NCBI GenBank assembly: GCA_035703635.1
Contig: DASSXV010000041.1
Location: 1-64,000 of the forward strand
Direction of reading: 5' to 3'
Length of the DNA stretch: 64,000 nt
Source of the DNA: Trueperaceae bacterium
GTDB lineage: Bacteria; Deinococcota; Deinococci; Deinococcales; Trueperaceae
How positions within the stretch are numbered: the stretch's first letter is position 1; every line of letters begins with the position of its first letter. Shown piece by piece: positions 52,535 to 63,141 of the stretch. The notes beneath the pieces were generated by a model. That model had not been told where the DNA came from. It was given only the letters and a program-made list of their open reading frames with translations, and did not search any database. Made by a program: the position numbers and the translations under genes.

Positions 52535-53498
52535 ACGCTAGGACAATCTCTGCCACCAGGGGGTGACGCACGACGTCGGCTTTGCTGAACTCTTGGAACT
52601 CGATGCCGTCTATGCCCTGCAGGATGGCGCGCGCGGTAGTCAGACCGCTCTGTATGGTCGTCGGGAGGTCGGTCTGGGTGGTGTCTCCCGTAACGACGAC
52701 CTTGCTGTTGAAACCCATGCGCGTGAGGAACATCTTCATCTGCTCAGGGGTAGTGTTCTGGGCCTCGTCGAGGATGATGAAAGCGTCGTTCAGGGTGCGA
52801 CCGCGCATGAACGCCAGTGGCGCGACCTCGATGGTGCCCTGTTCGAGGAGGCGCTCGACCTTGTCTGCGGGGAGCATGTCGTGCAGCGCGTCGTAGAGAG
52901 GCCGCAGGTACGGGTCTATCTTGGCCTGCAGGTCGCCAGGCAGGAAGCCGAGGCGCTCTCCCGCCTCGACGGCCGGGCGCGTGAGGATGATGCGCTTCAC
53001 GCGGTTCGCCATCAGGCTCTCGACCGCCATCGCGACCGCCAGGTACGTCTTGCCAGTCCCGGCGGGGCCCAAGCCGAACGTGATGGGGCTACTCGCGATG
53101 GCGTTGACGTAACGCCGTTGTCCGGCTGTCTTTGGGCGCGTCCTGCCCGGGAGCCGCGCTTCCGTTGCGCCGGTAGCTGGGGCAGTGCGCGGCGCGGGGG
53201 CGTCTAGCGTCTCCACGGCGCCGTCGACGCCGCCTTCTAGTTCGGCCTCGTACCCGGCGCTAAGGTCTCCGAAGGTGATCTCGGCGAGGCTCACCTCGCC
53301 ACCTTGCCTGATGGTCGACAGCAAGTTACGGAACGCCCTCTCGGCGGCCGCGACTTCGGCGGGCTCGCCGCTCAACCGCAGTTCGTCGCCGCGCGCAACG
53401 ACCTTGGCGCGCAGGCGGGTCCGCATCAGTTTCAGGTTCTCGTCGTTGTGGCCGTACAAGGACAGTGCCTCGGCCGGGCTACGCAGCTTGAGCGTCAT
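52518..53498 (-). CDS. phoH: PhoH family ATPase
   Basis: GPAGTGKT, RPAVEAGERLGFLPGD, APLAFMRGRT, DEAQN, DVVRH. Confidence 0.95.
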   Translation of the reverse strand: MTLKLRSPAEALSLYGHNDENLKLMRTRLRAKVVARGDELRLSGEPAEVAAAERAFRNLLSTIRQGGEVSLAEITFGDLSAGYEAELEGGVDGAVETLDAPAPRTAPATGATEARLPGRTRPKTAGQRRYVNAIASSPITFGLGPAGTGKTYLAVAMAVESLMANRVKRIILTRPAVEAGERLGFLPGDLQAKIDPYLRPLYDALHDMLPADKVERLLEQGTIEVAPLAFMRGRTLNDAFIILDEAQNTTPEQMKMFLTRMGFNSKVVVTGDTTQTDLPTTIQSGLTTARAILQGIDGIEFQEFSKADVVRHPLVAEIVLAYERNA

Positions 53499-54295
53499 TG
53501 ACGTCGCGATGTCGTCCTCCTGGACCGCTTCAAGGCGGCCGGTTCCGAGAGAATCTCGTGCCAGATCATGCCGCGCAAGATGTCGTCTCGACCCGTCCTC
53601 AGGAGCTTGGGCCCCTCAGGCGTGGGCGCGCCCATTCTAGCCGCTACTGCCTGGCCGCGCCGTCGCGGGGTCACGGTAGCGACGTCTGGGTCTTCTGGTT
53701 GGCGGCTCCTGCCGCCAAGGCGCGTCACCCTTAGAGGCTCCGCTGCGGCGAGTGGGCTGCTCATCATGCCCTCGCGGCCCATGCTGGCGGGCGCGGGCAC
53801 GCCACTGACGAGGCCGCCACCGAACGGGTCGCTAGTAACGAGCCCACCGCCGCTGGCGCTTGCCGAGCTTGTGCGCCCGGACACTAACGATCCGCTCGTG
53901 CGCTCAGGCGCAAGGGTGGTAGTGGAGCGCGCTTGAGGCATGCCGCTGGTAGAGCGACGCTGCTCGGGAGGCGTGGCACTGCCGCCAGACTCCCGGACTT
54001 CCGCCTCCGCTACGCGGCGCTGAACTTCGGCCAGGAGCTCGCGCCACGAGCCGGGCTCTGCCTGCCGCGCGTCGGCCATGACAGGACCTCCGGGACGCTG
54101 CCCTCCGCTCGCAGCCGGCGCTCCCGAACCTGCGGCGCCTGAGTCGGGCGCGCCCGACCTTGGTGAGGACGTGGGGGCGCCGCCAGCGGGCGGCCCCCCT
54201 CGCGACTGCGGCTTGTTCTTCTTCGAGAACAGCGGAACGACGACGAAGAAGATGAAGAAGACCAGCCCAAGGATTTCCTCGAAGCCGATGTTCAC
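53495..54295 (-). CDS. Hypothetical single-TM protein downstream of floA (YqfB-like position)
   Basis: N-terminal TM, Gly/Pro/Ser-rich linker, C-terminal [17 protein letters not shown]; overlaps both neighbours by 4 nt. Confidence 0.68.
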   Translation of the reverse strand: MNIGFEEILGLVFFIFFVVVPLFSKKNKPQSRGGPPAGGAPTSSPRSGAPDSGAAGSGAPAASGGQRPGGPVMADARQAEPGSWRELLAEVQRRVAEAEVRESGGSATPPEQRRSTSGMPQARSTTTLAPERTSGSLVSGRTSSASASGGGLVTSDPFGGGLVSGVPAPASMGREGMMSSPLAAAEPLRVTRLGGRSRQPEDPDVATVTPRRRGQAVAARMGAPTPEGPKLLRTGRDDILRGMIWHEILSEPAALKRSRRTTSRRQ

Positions 54296-55272
54296 CCTTT
54301 GTCGCTGCCCTCCCCGGCCGCATGCCCGATGTTGCCGCGCATGGCCGTGTCCGACTGGATGTTCTGCAGGGAGTAGTAGTCCATGACGCCCAAGTTGCCC
54401 TCACGGAAGGCCTGCGCGATGGCCTGCGGCACTTCGGCCTCAGCCTCGACGACCTTGGCGCGCATGGCCTCGACGTGAGCGCGGTTCTCCTGCTCGGCCG
54501 CCACGGCCATGGCCCTGCGCTCTTCCGCCTTGGCCTGCGCCACGCGCTTGTCGGCCTCAGCCTGGTCGGTCTGCAGCTGAGCACCGATGTTGCGCCCAAC
54601 GTTCACGTCTGCGATGTCGATCGAGAGGATCTCGAACGCCGTGCCGGAGTCGAGGCCCTTCGCGAGCACCGTCTTGGAGATGATGTCTGGGTTCTCGAGC
54701 GTGTGCTTGTGGCTGTTCGTCGAGCCGATGGAGGAGACGATGCCCTCACCTACGCGGGCGATGATCGTCTCTTCACCAGCGCCACCGACGAGGCGCTCGA
54801 GGTTGGCGCGCACGGTGATGCGGGCAGTGGCGATGAGTTCGATGCCGTCCTTGGCAACGGCGCTGACGTTCGGGGTCTGGATGACGCGTGGGTTGACGGA
54901 GACCTTGACGGCGTCGAGTACGTCGCGACCAGCCAGGTCGATGGCCGCCGCGCGGTCGAACGGCAACGCGATGCGGGCCTTGTCGGCCGCGATCAGCGCG
55001 TCAACCACGCGGTTGACGTTCCCGCCGGCTAGGAAGTGCGCCTCTAGCTGGTTCTGGTTCACCTCGATGCCGGCCTTGTCCGCCTTGATCAGCGGCAAGA
55101 TGATCTGGTTCGGCGGCACGCGCCGCAGGCGCATGGCGAGCAGGGAGAAGAGCGAAACCTTGACCCCTGCCGCTACTGCCGAGATCCACAGGCCGACGGG
55201 GATGTAGTTGAAGAGGATGATGAAGAAGAGGACTACTGCCCCGGCGAGGATCAGTAACGGGATATCCAACAT
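54292..55272 (-). CDS. floA: Flotillin-like protein FloA (YqfA)
   Basis: [66 protein letters not shown]. Confidence 0.95.
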   Translation of the reverse strand: MLDIPLLILAGAVVLFFIILFNYIPVGLWISAVAAGVKVSLFSLLAMRLRRVPPNQIILPLIKADKAGIEVNQNQLEAHFLAGGNVNRVVDALIAADKARIALPFDRAAAIDLAGRDVLDAVKVSVNPRVIQTPNVSAVAKDGIELIATARITVRANLERLVGGAGEETIIARVGEGIVSSIGSTNSHKHTLENPDIISKTVLAKGLDSGTAFEILSIDIADVNVGRNIGAQLQTDQAEADKRVAQAKAEERRAMAVAAEQENRAHVEAMRAKVVEAEAEVPQAIAQAFREGNLGVMDYYSLQNIQSDTAMRGNIGHAAGEGSDKG

Positions 55273-56661
55273 CTATGACTCCTTGTCGCCCGACTGTTCG
55301 GGCGGCGTTCCCGGTGTTCCGGGCGTGCGCGCGTCGACCGCGCGAACGGTAATGCGGTTGCCTTCTACTCTCAAGACGCGAAGGGTCGCGCCCGCGTTGA
55401 CGAAATCGCCTTCGCTGACGACGTCGACTCTGTCGGTGCCGAAGCGCGCGACGCCCGCCGGCCTTAGGTCGGAAAGGGCGAGGCCTTCCTGACCAACGAG
55501 GTCCTTGCGGTCACCCCCGAACGTGAGGCTGCCGCCATCCGGGGTAGCGATGCGGGCAGTCAGCCGGAAGGCGGCGGCTAGGCGACTGTTCGGCAGTAGC
55601 CACAGGAGCACCCCGAGCAACACCCCGCCGAAGAGGACGGAGTAGCCGAGCACCGGAATGACGCCCTCCTCGAAGATGCGGATGAGCGCCACGATGATCG
55701 CGGCAACGCCGAGAACCCCGGCCACCCCGAAGCCCGGTAGGAGGAAGACCTCGACGGCCAACAACACGATGCCGACGACGAGGATGGCCACGTCCAGCAA
55801 GCCGAGCGGGTTAGCGAAGTAGGCGGCCGCCGCGAACACGGCGAGTGAGATGAGGCCGATGGCGCCTGGGATGCCGAAGCCTGGCGTGAAGGCCTCTATG
55901 AGGAGACCGCCGATGCCGAGCACGATCAGGGCGGCGGCCACCAGGGGCTGGGAGAGGATGGACGCCAAGCGCTCGGCCAAGCCAGGCTCGAGCGTGACCG
56001 TCTTGGCGCCAGCGAACCCGAAGGCAGCGAGGGCGGCGTCGAGCGTAGGCGCCTCGACGTCGGCGATGCCGTGCTCGACCGCCTGGCGCGAGGTGAGGGT
56101 CACGAGTTCAGCTGCGGTAGACAAGCCGGGGATCTCGACCTTGGGGTCGACCATGCCCTCGGCTACGGTGGCGTTGCGGCCACGCGCTTCCGCCACGCTG
56201 CGGAACTCGCCGCGCAAGGCGGAGGAGAACTTCTCGTCGACGGCCTGGATGCCAGTCGGGGTCGAGAGGATGGGCAGCGCAGCTCCGATGCTCGCGCCGG
56301 GCAACATGGCGAGGTGCTCTGCGCTCATGGCGATCAAGGCCCCCGCGCTGAAGGCGTTCTGCACTACCGCGATAGTCGGGACGGTGGTGTCGTGGAGGAT
56401 GATGCCAACGATGTCCTGCATGGCGTTGACGGCGCCGCCAGGAGTGTCGAGGTAGAAGACGAGCGCCAACGGCTGCTCGTCTGCCGCAAGGCGCACGCGG
56501 TTGCGGACGAACGCCGTGGTTGCGCTGTTGATCTGGGAGTCGATCGGGACCACCCAGACCTCGTTGGTGGCCGCGGTGGCGGGCGCAGCGAGCAGGAGGC
56601 TCACTAGCAACGCCGCGACTATTCGAACCACGTTCGAGGCGCGAGTAAACTTCAGCTTCAC
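55273..56661 (-). CDS. nfeD: NfeD family protein (ClpP-like domain, TM region, OB fold)
   Basis: DTPGG, AFSAGALIA, PGASIGAA, PGFG repeats, LRPAG, DVVSEGDF, VEGNRITV. Confidence 0.92.
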   Translation of the reverse strand: MKLKFTRASNVVRIVAALLVSLLLAAPATAATNEVWVVPIDSQINSATTAFVRNRVRLAADEQPLALVFYLDTPGGAVNAMQDIVGIILHDTTVPTIAVVQNAFSAGALIAMSAEHLAMLPGASIGAALPILSTPTGIQAVDEKFSSALRGEFRSVAEARGRNATVAEGMVDPKVEIPGLSTAAELVTLTSRQAVEHGIADVEAPTLDAALAAFGFAGAKTVTLEPGLAERLASILSQPLVAAALIVLGIGGLLIEAFTPGFGIPGAIGLISLAVFAAAAYFANPLGLLDVAILVVGIVLLAVEVFLLPGFGVAGVLGVAAIIVALIRIFEEGVIPVLGYSVLFGGVLLGVLLWLLPNSRLAAAFRLTARIATPDGGSLTFGGDRKDLVGQEGLALSDLRPAGVARFGTDRVDVVSEGDFVNAGATLRVLRVEGNRITVRAVDARTPGTPGTPPEQSGDKES

Positions 56662-56730
56662 GAGGTCGACGATACCACGCCGGAATGTCCGTTCCTAACG
56701 GCAAGGATGCGGTGCGAGAGCGCCGGCGCG

Positions 56731-56766
56731 AAAGGAGCGGCGCCACCTTGTTCGGGTGGCGCCGCT
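56731..56766 (-). terminator. Terminator after tRNA-Trp
   Basis: AGCGGCGCCACC / GGTGGCGCCGCT 12-bp stem, then CCTTT on the minus strand. Confidence 0.7.
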
Positions 56767-56774
56767 GCACTTTG

Positions 56775-56850
<76 letters not shown>

Positions 56851-56890
56851 TGGCGTGCGCGGCGCTTGCCAGCGCCACGACCGAAGTAGA

Positions 56891-56919
56891 AGTATACCGG
56901 GCGACCCCGAGGACGTCCA
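56891..56919 (-). promoter_or_regulatory. Promoter for tRNA-Trp
   Basis: Minus strand TGGACG, 17 nt, TATACT. Confidence 0.65.
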
Positions 56920-56950
56920 GACGCCAGAGGCGGAGCCCGGCCAGAGGGCA

Positions 56951-56975
56951 TGAGTAGCGCGCTTGAGTAGCGCGC
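56951..56975. repeat. Perfect 12-nt tandem direct repeat
   Basis: TGAGTAGCGCGC-T-TGAGTAGCGCGC. Confidence 0.8.
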
Positions 56976-57014
56976 CACGCACGGTGCGGTGCCGCCGTGC
57001 GGTATCGTCGGCGC

Positions 57015-57413
57015 ATGCAGCAGTCGATGGTCGAACCGGAAAGCATGACCTTCACCCCCGCGGGGGCGGATAAAGCCGCTCAGCTCCTAAAGGGCAGCGG
57101 CAAGGAAGGCGCTGCCATCCGCGTCTTCGTTAAGTCTGGCGGTTGCAGCGGTTACCAGTACGGAATGCAGATCGACGACCGCCGCCTAGACGGCGACCGC
57201 GTCTTCGAGGTCGGCGACGTGCGGTTGGTCGTCGACGAACGTAGCTGGCCACTGCTCAGGGGCTCACAAGTCGATTACGTCGAGAACATGATGGGTGGCG
57301 GCTTCAACGTTAGCAACCCGAACGCTTCAAGTGAATGCGGCTGTGGTCATAGCTTCCGTACCGATGGCGCGGCGGCGCCCAGCGGCGAGGGTTCGTCCTC
57401 CTGCTCCTCCTGA
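57015..57413 (+). CDS. A-type Fe-S cluster carrier (HesB/IscA/ErpA family)
   Basis: [22 protein letters not shown]. Confidence 0.93.
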   Translation: MQQSMVEPESMTFTPAGADKAAQLLKGSGKEGAAIRVFVKSGGCSGYQYGMQIDDRRLDGDRVFEVGDVRLVVDERSWPLLRGSQVDYVENMMGGGFNVSNPNASSECGCGHSFRTDGAAAPSGEGSSSCSS

Positions 57414-57460
57414 ACTACTAGCCCGCGCCCGACTGGCCGTGGCTTGCGGACAACGACTCC

Positions 57461-57503
57461 AAAAGGTGCGCCCCGGACTTCACGCGTCCGGGGCGCACCC
57501 TTT
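57461..57503. terminator. Bidirectional terminator between iscA-like gene and gcvPB
   Basis: AAAA-GGTGCGCCCCGGAC / GTCCGGGGCGCACC-CTTT. Confidence 0.82.
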
Positions 57504-57517
57504 CCTTGGGGCCGAAC

Positions 57518-58999
57518 TTAGTTGCCCGCGAAGTCGTACTTGAGCACTGGCTGCCTGGCGGCCCGCACTTCATCCAGGCGGCGTACTGGGGTGTTGTAAG
57601 GCGCGCCCGCCAGGTAGTCGGGGTCGCTGACGCTGCGCTCCAAGATCTCTGCGAGCGTGTCGACGTAGTTGTCGAGCGCCTCGAGCGACTCGGTCTCGGT
57701 CGGCTCCACCATCAGCGCTTCCTTGACGATTAGCGGGAAGTAGACGGTGGCGGGGTGCATGCCGTAATCGAGTTGCGCCTTGGCGATGTCGAGGGTGCGT
57801 AGGCCAGTTGGCGGCTGCGCGACGAACTCGTGCATGTTCACGCGGTCGAACGGGACGGTGAAGCCGAGCTCCTTGAACCTCGCGCGCAAGTAGTTGGCGT
57901 TGAGCACCGCGTAACCGCTCACCTCACGCAGGCCCTCGAGCCCTAGCGCCCGGATGTAGGTGTAGGCGCGCACGAGGTTGCCGAAGTTGCCGTAGAACGA
58001 CCGCATGCGCCCGATGGACTGCGGGATGTCGCTCTGCAGGAAGAACTGCCCGTCCTGGCGGCGCTCCACGATGGGTGCAGGCAGGAACTTGGCCAGGTGC
58101 GCCTTGACGCCGACAGGGCCCGTGCCTGGGCCGCCGCCGCCGTGCGGGGTCGTGAAGGTCTTGTGCAAGTTGAGGTGCACGACGTCGAAGCCCATATCGC
58201 CTGGGCGCACGCGCCCGACGATGGCGTTGAGGTTCGCACCGTCGTAGTACAGCTGCGCGCCTACCGCGTGAGCAGCTTCCTTGATCTCGAGGATGCGGCG
58301 CTCGAACAGCCCTAGGGTGTTCGGGTTCGTGAGCATGACGGCCGCTACCCGATCGTTGAGGCGCGCCTTGAACGCTTCAAGGTCCACCTCGCCATCCGGC
58401 CCGGTTGGCACCTCGACGACGTCGTAGCCTGCCATGGCGGCCGTTGCCGGGTTGGTGCCGTGGGCACCGTCGGGCACGAGAACGACGCGGCGCTGCTCAC
58501 CCTCGCCCCGTGACCGGTGGTAGGCGCGGATCATGAGGATGCCAGCCAACTCACCGTGCGCGCCAGCTGCTGGTTGCAGGCTCACGGCGTCCATGCCCGT
58601 GATGGCGCCAAGGTCGTGCTGCAAGTTGTAGAGCAGCTCAAGGGCGCCCTGAACGGTCTCTGGCGCCTGGTACGGGTGGAGGTCCTGGAAGAGCTTCGCC
58701 GCTTCCTCGTTCACCTTAGGGTTGTACTTCATGGTGCAGCTGCCGAGTGGGTAGATGTTGGCGTCGATACCCATCTGCCTGTGGGCCAACTGCGTGTAGT
58801 GCCTAACCAAGTCGAGTTCGCTGACCTCTGGCAGGCGCGGCGCTTCCTTGCGCAGGTTCTCGGTGCCGAGGACCGCCGCCGCATCGAACTCCGCGGGGGT
58901 AGGCGGTTGTGAGGCACGGCGCCCGGGCCGCGAGCGCTCGAACACTAGCGGCAACTGCTGGTGGAGGGGCACGGGGGAGGCTTTACGAGCGTCAGACAT
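57518..58999 (-). CDS. gcvPB: Glycine dehydrogenase subunit 2
   Basis: YPLGSCTMKYNP, QPAAGAHGE, AHGTNPA, LNLHKTFTTPHGGGGPG, EPTETE. Confidence 0.96.
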   Translation of the reverse strand: MSDARKASPVPLHQQLPLVFERSRPGRRASQPPTPAEFDAAAVLGTENLRKEAPRLPEVSELDLVRHYTQLAHRQMGIDANIYPLGSCTMKYNPKVNEEAAKLFQDLHPYQAPETVQGALELLYNLQHDLGAITGMDAVSLQPAAGAHGELAGILMIRAYHRSRGEGEQRRVVLVPDGAHGTNPATAAMAGYDVVEVPTGPDGEVDLEAFKARLNDRVAAVMLTNPNTLGLFERRILEIKEAAHAVGAQLYYDGANLNAIVGRVRPGDMGFDVVHLNLHKTFTTPHGGGGPGTGPVGVKAHLAKFLPAPIVERRQDGQFFLQSDIPQSIGRMRSFYGNFGNLVRAYTYIRALGLEGLREVSGYAVLNANYLRARFKELGFTVPFDRVNMHEFVAQPPTGLRTLDIAKAQLDYGMHPATVYFPLIVKEALMVEPTETESLEALDNYVDTLAEILERSVSDPDYLAGAPYNTPVRRLDEVRAARQPVLKYDFAGN

Positions 59000-60353
59000 G
59001 CGCAACCGCCTCTACTTGCCCTTGCGCGCTGCCAGGGCCTTCGCCGCACGCGTCCAGGGCCGCAAGCAGCTTCGCGATGTCTGCCGGGCGCGTGCTCTCG
59101 GTAGCGCTGAGCACGATGGCGTGGCCGAACCCGTACTCCGCCGGCGCTGCGACGCCAGCGTGAACACCGTGCGCCGCGAGGGCGCTACGGAGCAGCGCGG
59201 GGTCTTGCTTGACGGGGAGAACGAACTCGTTGAAGTAACGCCGCCCGACCTCCGGCGCGTAGCCTGCAGCCACGAGTGCGGCGGCCAGCGCATGGGCGTT
59301 GGCCACTGAACCCAGCGCGAGGTCGCGCAGCCCTTGTGGCCCCAACGCGGAGACGTTGATGGCGGCCATGACCGCAGTCAGCTGGTGATTCGAGCAGATG
59401 TTGGACTTCGCCTTCGAGCGCCTGATGTGCTGCTCGCGCGCCTGCAACGTGAGCACGAAGGCGCGTTTGCCGTCCACGTCGACCGTCTCGCCGACCAGTC
59501 GGCCTGGGAACTGCCTGATGAGTGACTCGCCGACGACCATGAACCCAAACGCCGGACCGCCGAAGTTAACGGGGTTGCCAAGGGTCTGGCCATCACCCGC
59601 TGCGATGTCGGCGCCGTACTCGCCAGGAGCCGCAAGCACGGCCAGGCTGAGCGGGTCGACCGCGGCCACCATCAAGGCACCGCCAGCGTGCGCGGCGCTC
59701 GTCAGGCCAGCCATGTCCTCGAGGTAGCCCAGGTAGTTGGGCTGCTGGGCGACGAAGCAGGCGACGTCGTCACCGACGTCAGGCGTGCGCGTCGTGTGAG
59801 GGTCGAGATCCACGATCTCTAGCTCGGCGTCGAGTGCGGTCAAGTACGTGGCGATCACCGCGCGCGTTTCGGGGTGAACCCCGCGGCTGACGAGCACGCG
59901 GTCACGCCCCGTCTGCCTGATCGTGAGAAGCACGGCCTCCGCGACCGCGCTAGCCCCGTCGTACATGCTGGCGTTGCTGACCGGCAGGCCGGTCAGTTCA
60001 GCCATGATGGTCTGGTACTCGAACGTCGCCTGCAGGAGGCCCTGCGCGACTTCAGGCTGGTAGGGCGTGTAGGCCGTGACGAACTCGCTCTGCATGGCCA
60101 AGTGCGCCGTCACACTTGGGGTGAAATGGCGGCGGGCACCGCCTCCAAGGAAGTTCGGCCCGCTCGCCACGTTCTTAGCCGCAAGCTCTTGCAGATGCTC
60201 AAGGAGGCTCGCCTCGTCCATGCCTTGAGGCAGGTCTATTCCTGGGTCGCGAAGCGCCTCAGGGAGGTCGGCGAAGAGCGCATCGATAGATGGCGCACCG
60301 ATCTTGGCCAGTGCGCGCTCGACGTCGGCTGGCGTATGTGGGATGTAACGCAC
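58992..60353 (-). CDS. gcvPA: Glycine dehydrogenase subunit 1
   Basis: MRYIPHT, TAYTPYQPE, NASMYDG, REQHIRR, SNICSN. Confidence 0.96.
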   Translation of the reverse strand: MRYIPHTPADVERALAKIGAPSIDALFADLPEALRDPGIDLPQGMDEASLLEHLQELAAKNVASGPNFLGGGARRHFTPSVTAHLAMQSEFVTAYTPYQPEVAQGLLQATFEYQTIMAELTGLPVSNASMYDGASAVAEAVLLTIRQTGRDRVLVSRGVHPETRAVIATYLTALDAELEIVDLDPHTTRTPDVGDDVACFVAQQPNYLGYLEDMAGLTSAAHAGGALMVAAVDPLSLAVLAAPGEYGADIAAGDGQTLGNPVNFGGPAFGFMVVGESLIRQFPGRLVGETVDVDGKRAFVLTLQAREQHIRRSKAKSNICSNHQLTAVMAAINVSALGPQGLRDLALGSVANAHALAAALVAAGYAPEVGRRYFNEFVLPVKQDPALLRSALAAHGVHAGVAAPAEYGFGHAIVLSATESTRPADIAKLLAALDACGEGPGSAQGQVEAVAHV

Positions 60354-60740
60354 TCAGCTCTCCTCTGAAGCGCTCTTCTGGTACGCGTCAGCGTCAAGCA
60401 GGTCGTTCAGCTCACTGTCGTTCTCTAGCTCGATGCGGAAGAGCCAGCCGGCAGCGTACGGCTGGTCGTTGATGAGTTCTGGTGTGGTCTCGAGCGCGCC
60501 GTTGACGTCGGTGATGATGCCGGTCACGGGCGCGTAGATATCGGAGGCCGTCTTGACGGACTCGACGACGGCCACTTGGTCGCCCTTGGCAACGTGGCGG
60601 CCGGACTCCGGGAGTTCCACGAAGACGACGTCACCCAACTGGTCCTGAGCGAAGTCGGTGATGCCGACGGTGACTGCCTCGTCCTCGCGGCGAACCCACT
60701 CGTGCGACGTGGCGTAACGGAGTTCTTCAGGTGTCTTCAT
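60354..60740 (-). CDS. gcvH: Glycine cleavage system H protein
   Basis: [15 protein letters not shown], lipoyl motif ESVKTASD. Confidence 0.97.
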   Translation of the reverse strand: MKTPEELRYATSHEWVRREDEAVTVGITDFAQDQLGDVVFVELPESGRHVAKGDQVAVVESVKTASDIYAPVTGIITDVNGALETTPELINDQPYAAGWLFRIELENDSELNDLLDADAYQKSASEES

Positions 60741-60784
60741 CTCGTCTCCTCAACCGCGCTACTTGCGCGGGCGGTGTAGCTGCA

Positions 60785-61846
60785 TCATGCCCCGAAAAAC
60801 GGGGGCTTAGCCACTCGTGCGGCGACTGGCTGGCCGCGGATCTCGACTGCTAGCGCCGTGCCCGTCGCTGAGAGGTCACTATCGACCCAGGCGAAGCCGA
60901 TGCCGTCACGGGTGAGGGGAGACAGCGCGCCGGAGGTGACCTCGCCCACCGCGACGCCGTTTGCGTCCAACACGCGGTATCCCTGGCGCGGGATGCCGCG
61001 GCCCTCCAGGCGCACCCCCACGAGAACGCGCCTGCACTCTGGCGCCCACATGGCCGCGCGGCCGTAGAACTCCTTGTCCTTGACCACCCAAGCGAACGGG
61101 GTGCAGAGCGGGTTGGAGGACTCGGTCAACTCGTGGCCGTACAGCGGGAAGCCCGCCTCGAGGCGCAGCGTGTCGCGGGCACCGAGGCCGCAAGGCGTTG
61201 CGCCTCCTTGGACGAACATGTTCCACACGGCGACGGCGTCCGTAGGGCGGAGGAACACCTCGAAGCCGTCCTCGCCCGTGTAACCAGTGCGGCTGAGGCG
61301 CACGGGGATGCCAGAAAGGGTGACGTCTAACGTGGCGTTGCGCTTGATCTGCGTCAGGTCGACGTCGAGGAGCTGGCCCAACAACATCGGCGCGCCCGGA
61401 CCCTGCAGGGCGAGGAGCGCAACGCTGTCCGACTCGTCGATGACGTGGCAGTCGTAACCCTTCACGAGGTCCTGGAGGTGACGCAGTACCGCCCCCGTGT
61501 TGGCCGCGTTGGCCACCACGAGGTAGTCCTGCTCGCCGTCGCGGTAGACGAACAGGTCGTCTATCAGGCCGCCATGGTCGTTGGGCAGCATGCTGTACTG
61601 GCCGCGCCCTAGCCGCAGGCGCTCGGGGTCGTTGAGGGTGGCGTACTGCAGGAAGCTGGTAGCGTCGGGCCCGATGACGCGGATCTCTCCCATGTGAGAG
61701 ACGTCGAACAGCCCAACGCCCTGCCTGACGGCGAGGTGCTCTTGGTTGATGCCGGTCTGGTAGTGCAACGGCATGGCGTAGCCAGCGAACTCGACCATGC
61801 GGCCGCCGAGTTCCTCATGCGTTTCGAACAGCGGGGTGCGCTTCAT
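60785..61846 (-). CDS. gcvT: Glycine cleavage aminomethyltransferase T
   Basis: KRTPL, FDVSHMG, TGYTGEDGFE, GLGARDTLRLEAG; start 61846 favoured over 61858. Confidence 0.96.
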   Translation of the reverse strand: MKRTPLFETHEELGGRMVEFAGYAMPLHYQTGINQEHLAVRQGVGLFDVSHMGEIRVIGPDATSFLQYATLNDPERLRLGRGQYSMLPNDHGGLIDDLFVYRDGEQDYLVVANAANTGAVLRHLQDLVKGYDCHVIDESDSVALLALQGPGAPMLLGQLLDVDLTQIKRNATLDVTLSGIPVRLSRTGYTGEDGFEVFLRPTDAVAVWNMFVQGGATPCGLGARDTLRLEAGFPLYGHELTESSNPLCTPFAWVVKDKEFYGRAAMWAPECRRVLVGVRLEGRGIPRQGYRVLDANGVAVGEVTSGALSPLTRDGIGFAWVDSDLSATGTALAVEIRGQPVAARVAKPPFFGA

Positions 61847-61923
61847 CGCGCTGACCATATCATGCGCCCAACGGACCAGTTTTCCCGTCTAGATGGGCTA
61901 GAACAATGCAGATCGTCGTGCGG

Positions 61924-62510
<587 letters not shown>

Positions 62511-62514
<4 letters not shown>

Positions 62515-63011
62515 CTTTGCCTCGTTCCGAACAGACCGTCTAGCAGGGCGTTGGCATCTTGTTGGAAGTCGGCATCGAACTCCATCGCTGGCGGGGCCTC
62601 CTCCGCGCTCTCGAGGGCAACGCGGATGGCGTCAGCCGCATGCTTCGTGGCGATCTTGACGCGGCCCAACTGGGCAGTAGTATCGAAAACCGTGACGAGC
62701 AGCGCCTCCGCGCCCAGCTCCTCCAAGTACGTGCCTACCTCGGCTCCCTGTTGCACCGTCTCACGGAAACCGTCCTCGCCGAACAAGTTCGCGATCGCGC
62801 GGTTGGCCGCGTAGTTGGAGGCCACCAGCGTAGCGAACGAGTCGAAAGACGGCGGCTTCGGGGCCCACAGCGCCCGCGCGTGCATGAGTACGAAGCCCTT
62901 GTGATCGATGATGAGGGCGTACCGCGCACGGCTCCTCGCGAGAAGTTCGCGCAAGATGCCATCAACGGTATCGAAGGTGGACCCATAGAGGTCGAGCGAT
63001 GGCTCGAGCAT
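62511..63011 (-). CDS. mglB: MglB roadblock/LC7 GTPase-activating protein
   Basis: [45 protein letters not shown] overlap with mglA. Confidence 0.9.
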
Positions 63012-63141
63012 GAGGCACAGCTTATCAGCCGGGTTCGCCGCGCGGCGTAGAAGACGCCACTTTCGCGGGCGCCTGACGCGCCCGCGAACGGTTGTGCCAG
63101 CGAACGCAGGGAAGCGGCCCTCGCCGGTACTCTGAGAAGGT

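Noticed and set aside
61847..61923. Glycine riboswitch upstream of gcvT
   Set aside because: The spacer is only ~77 nt, lacks the GGAGA/CCGAAG/CTCAGG motifs, and a -10 lies 7 nt before the ATG.
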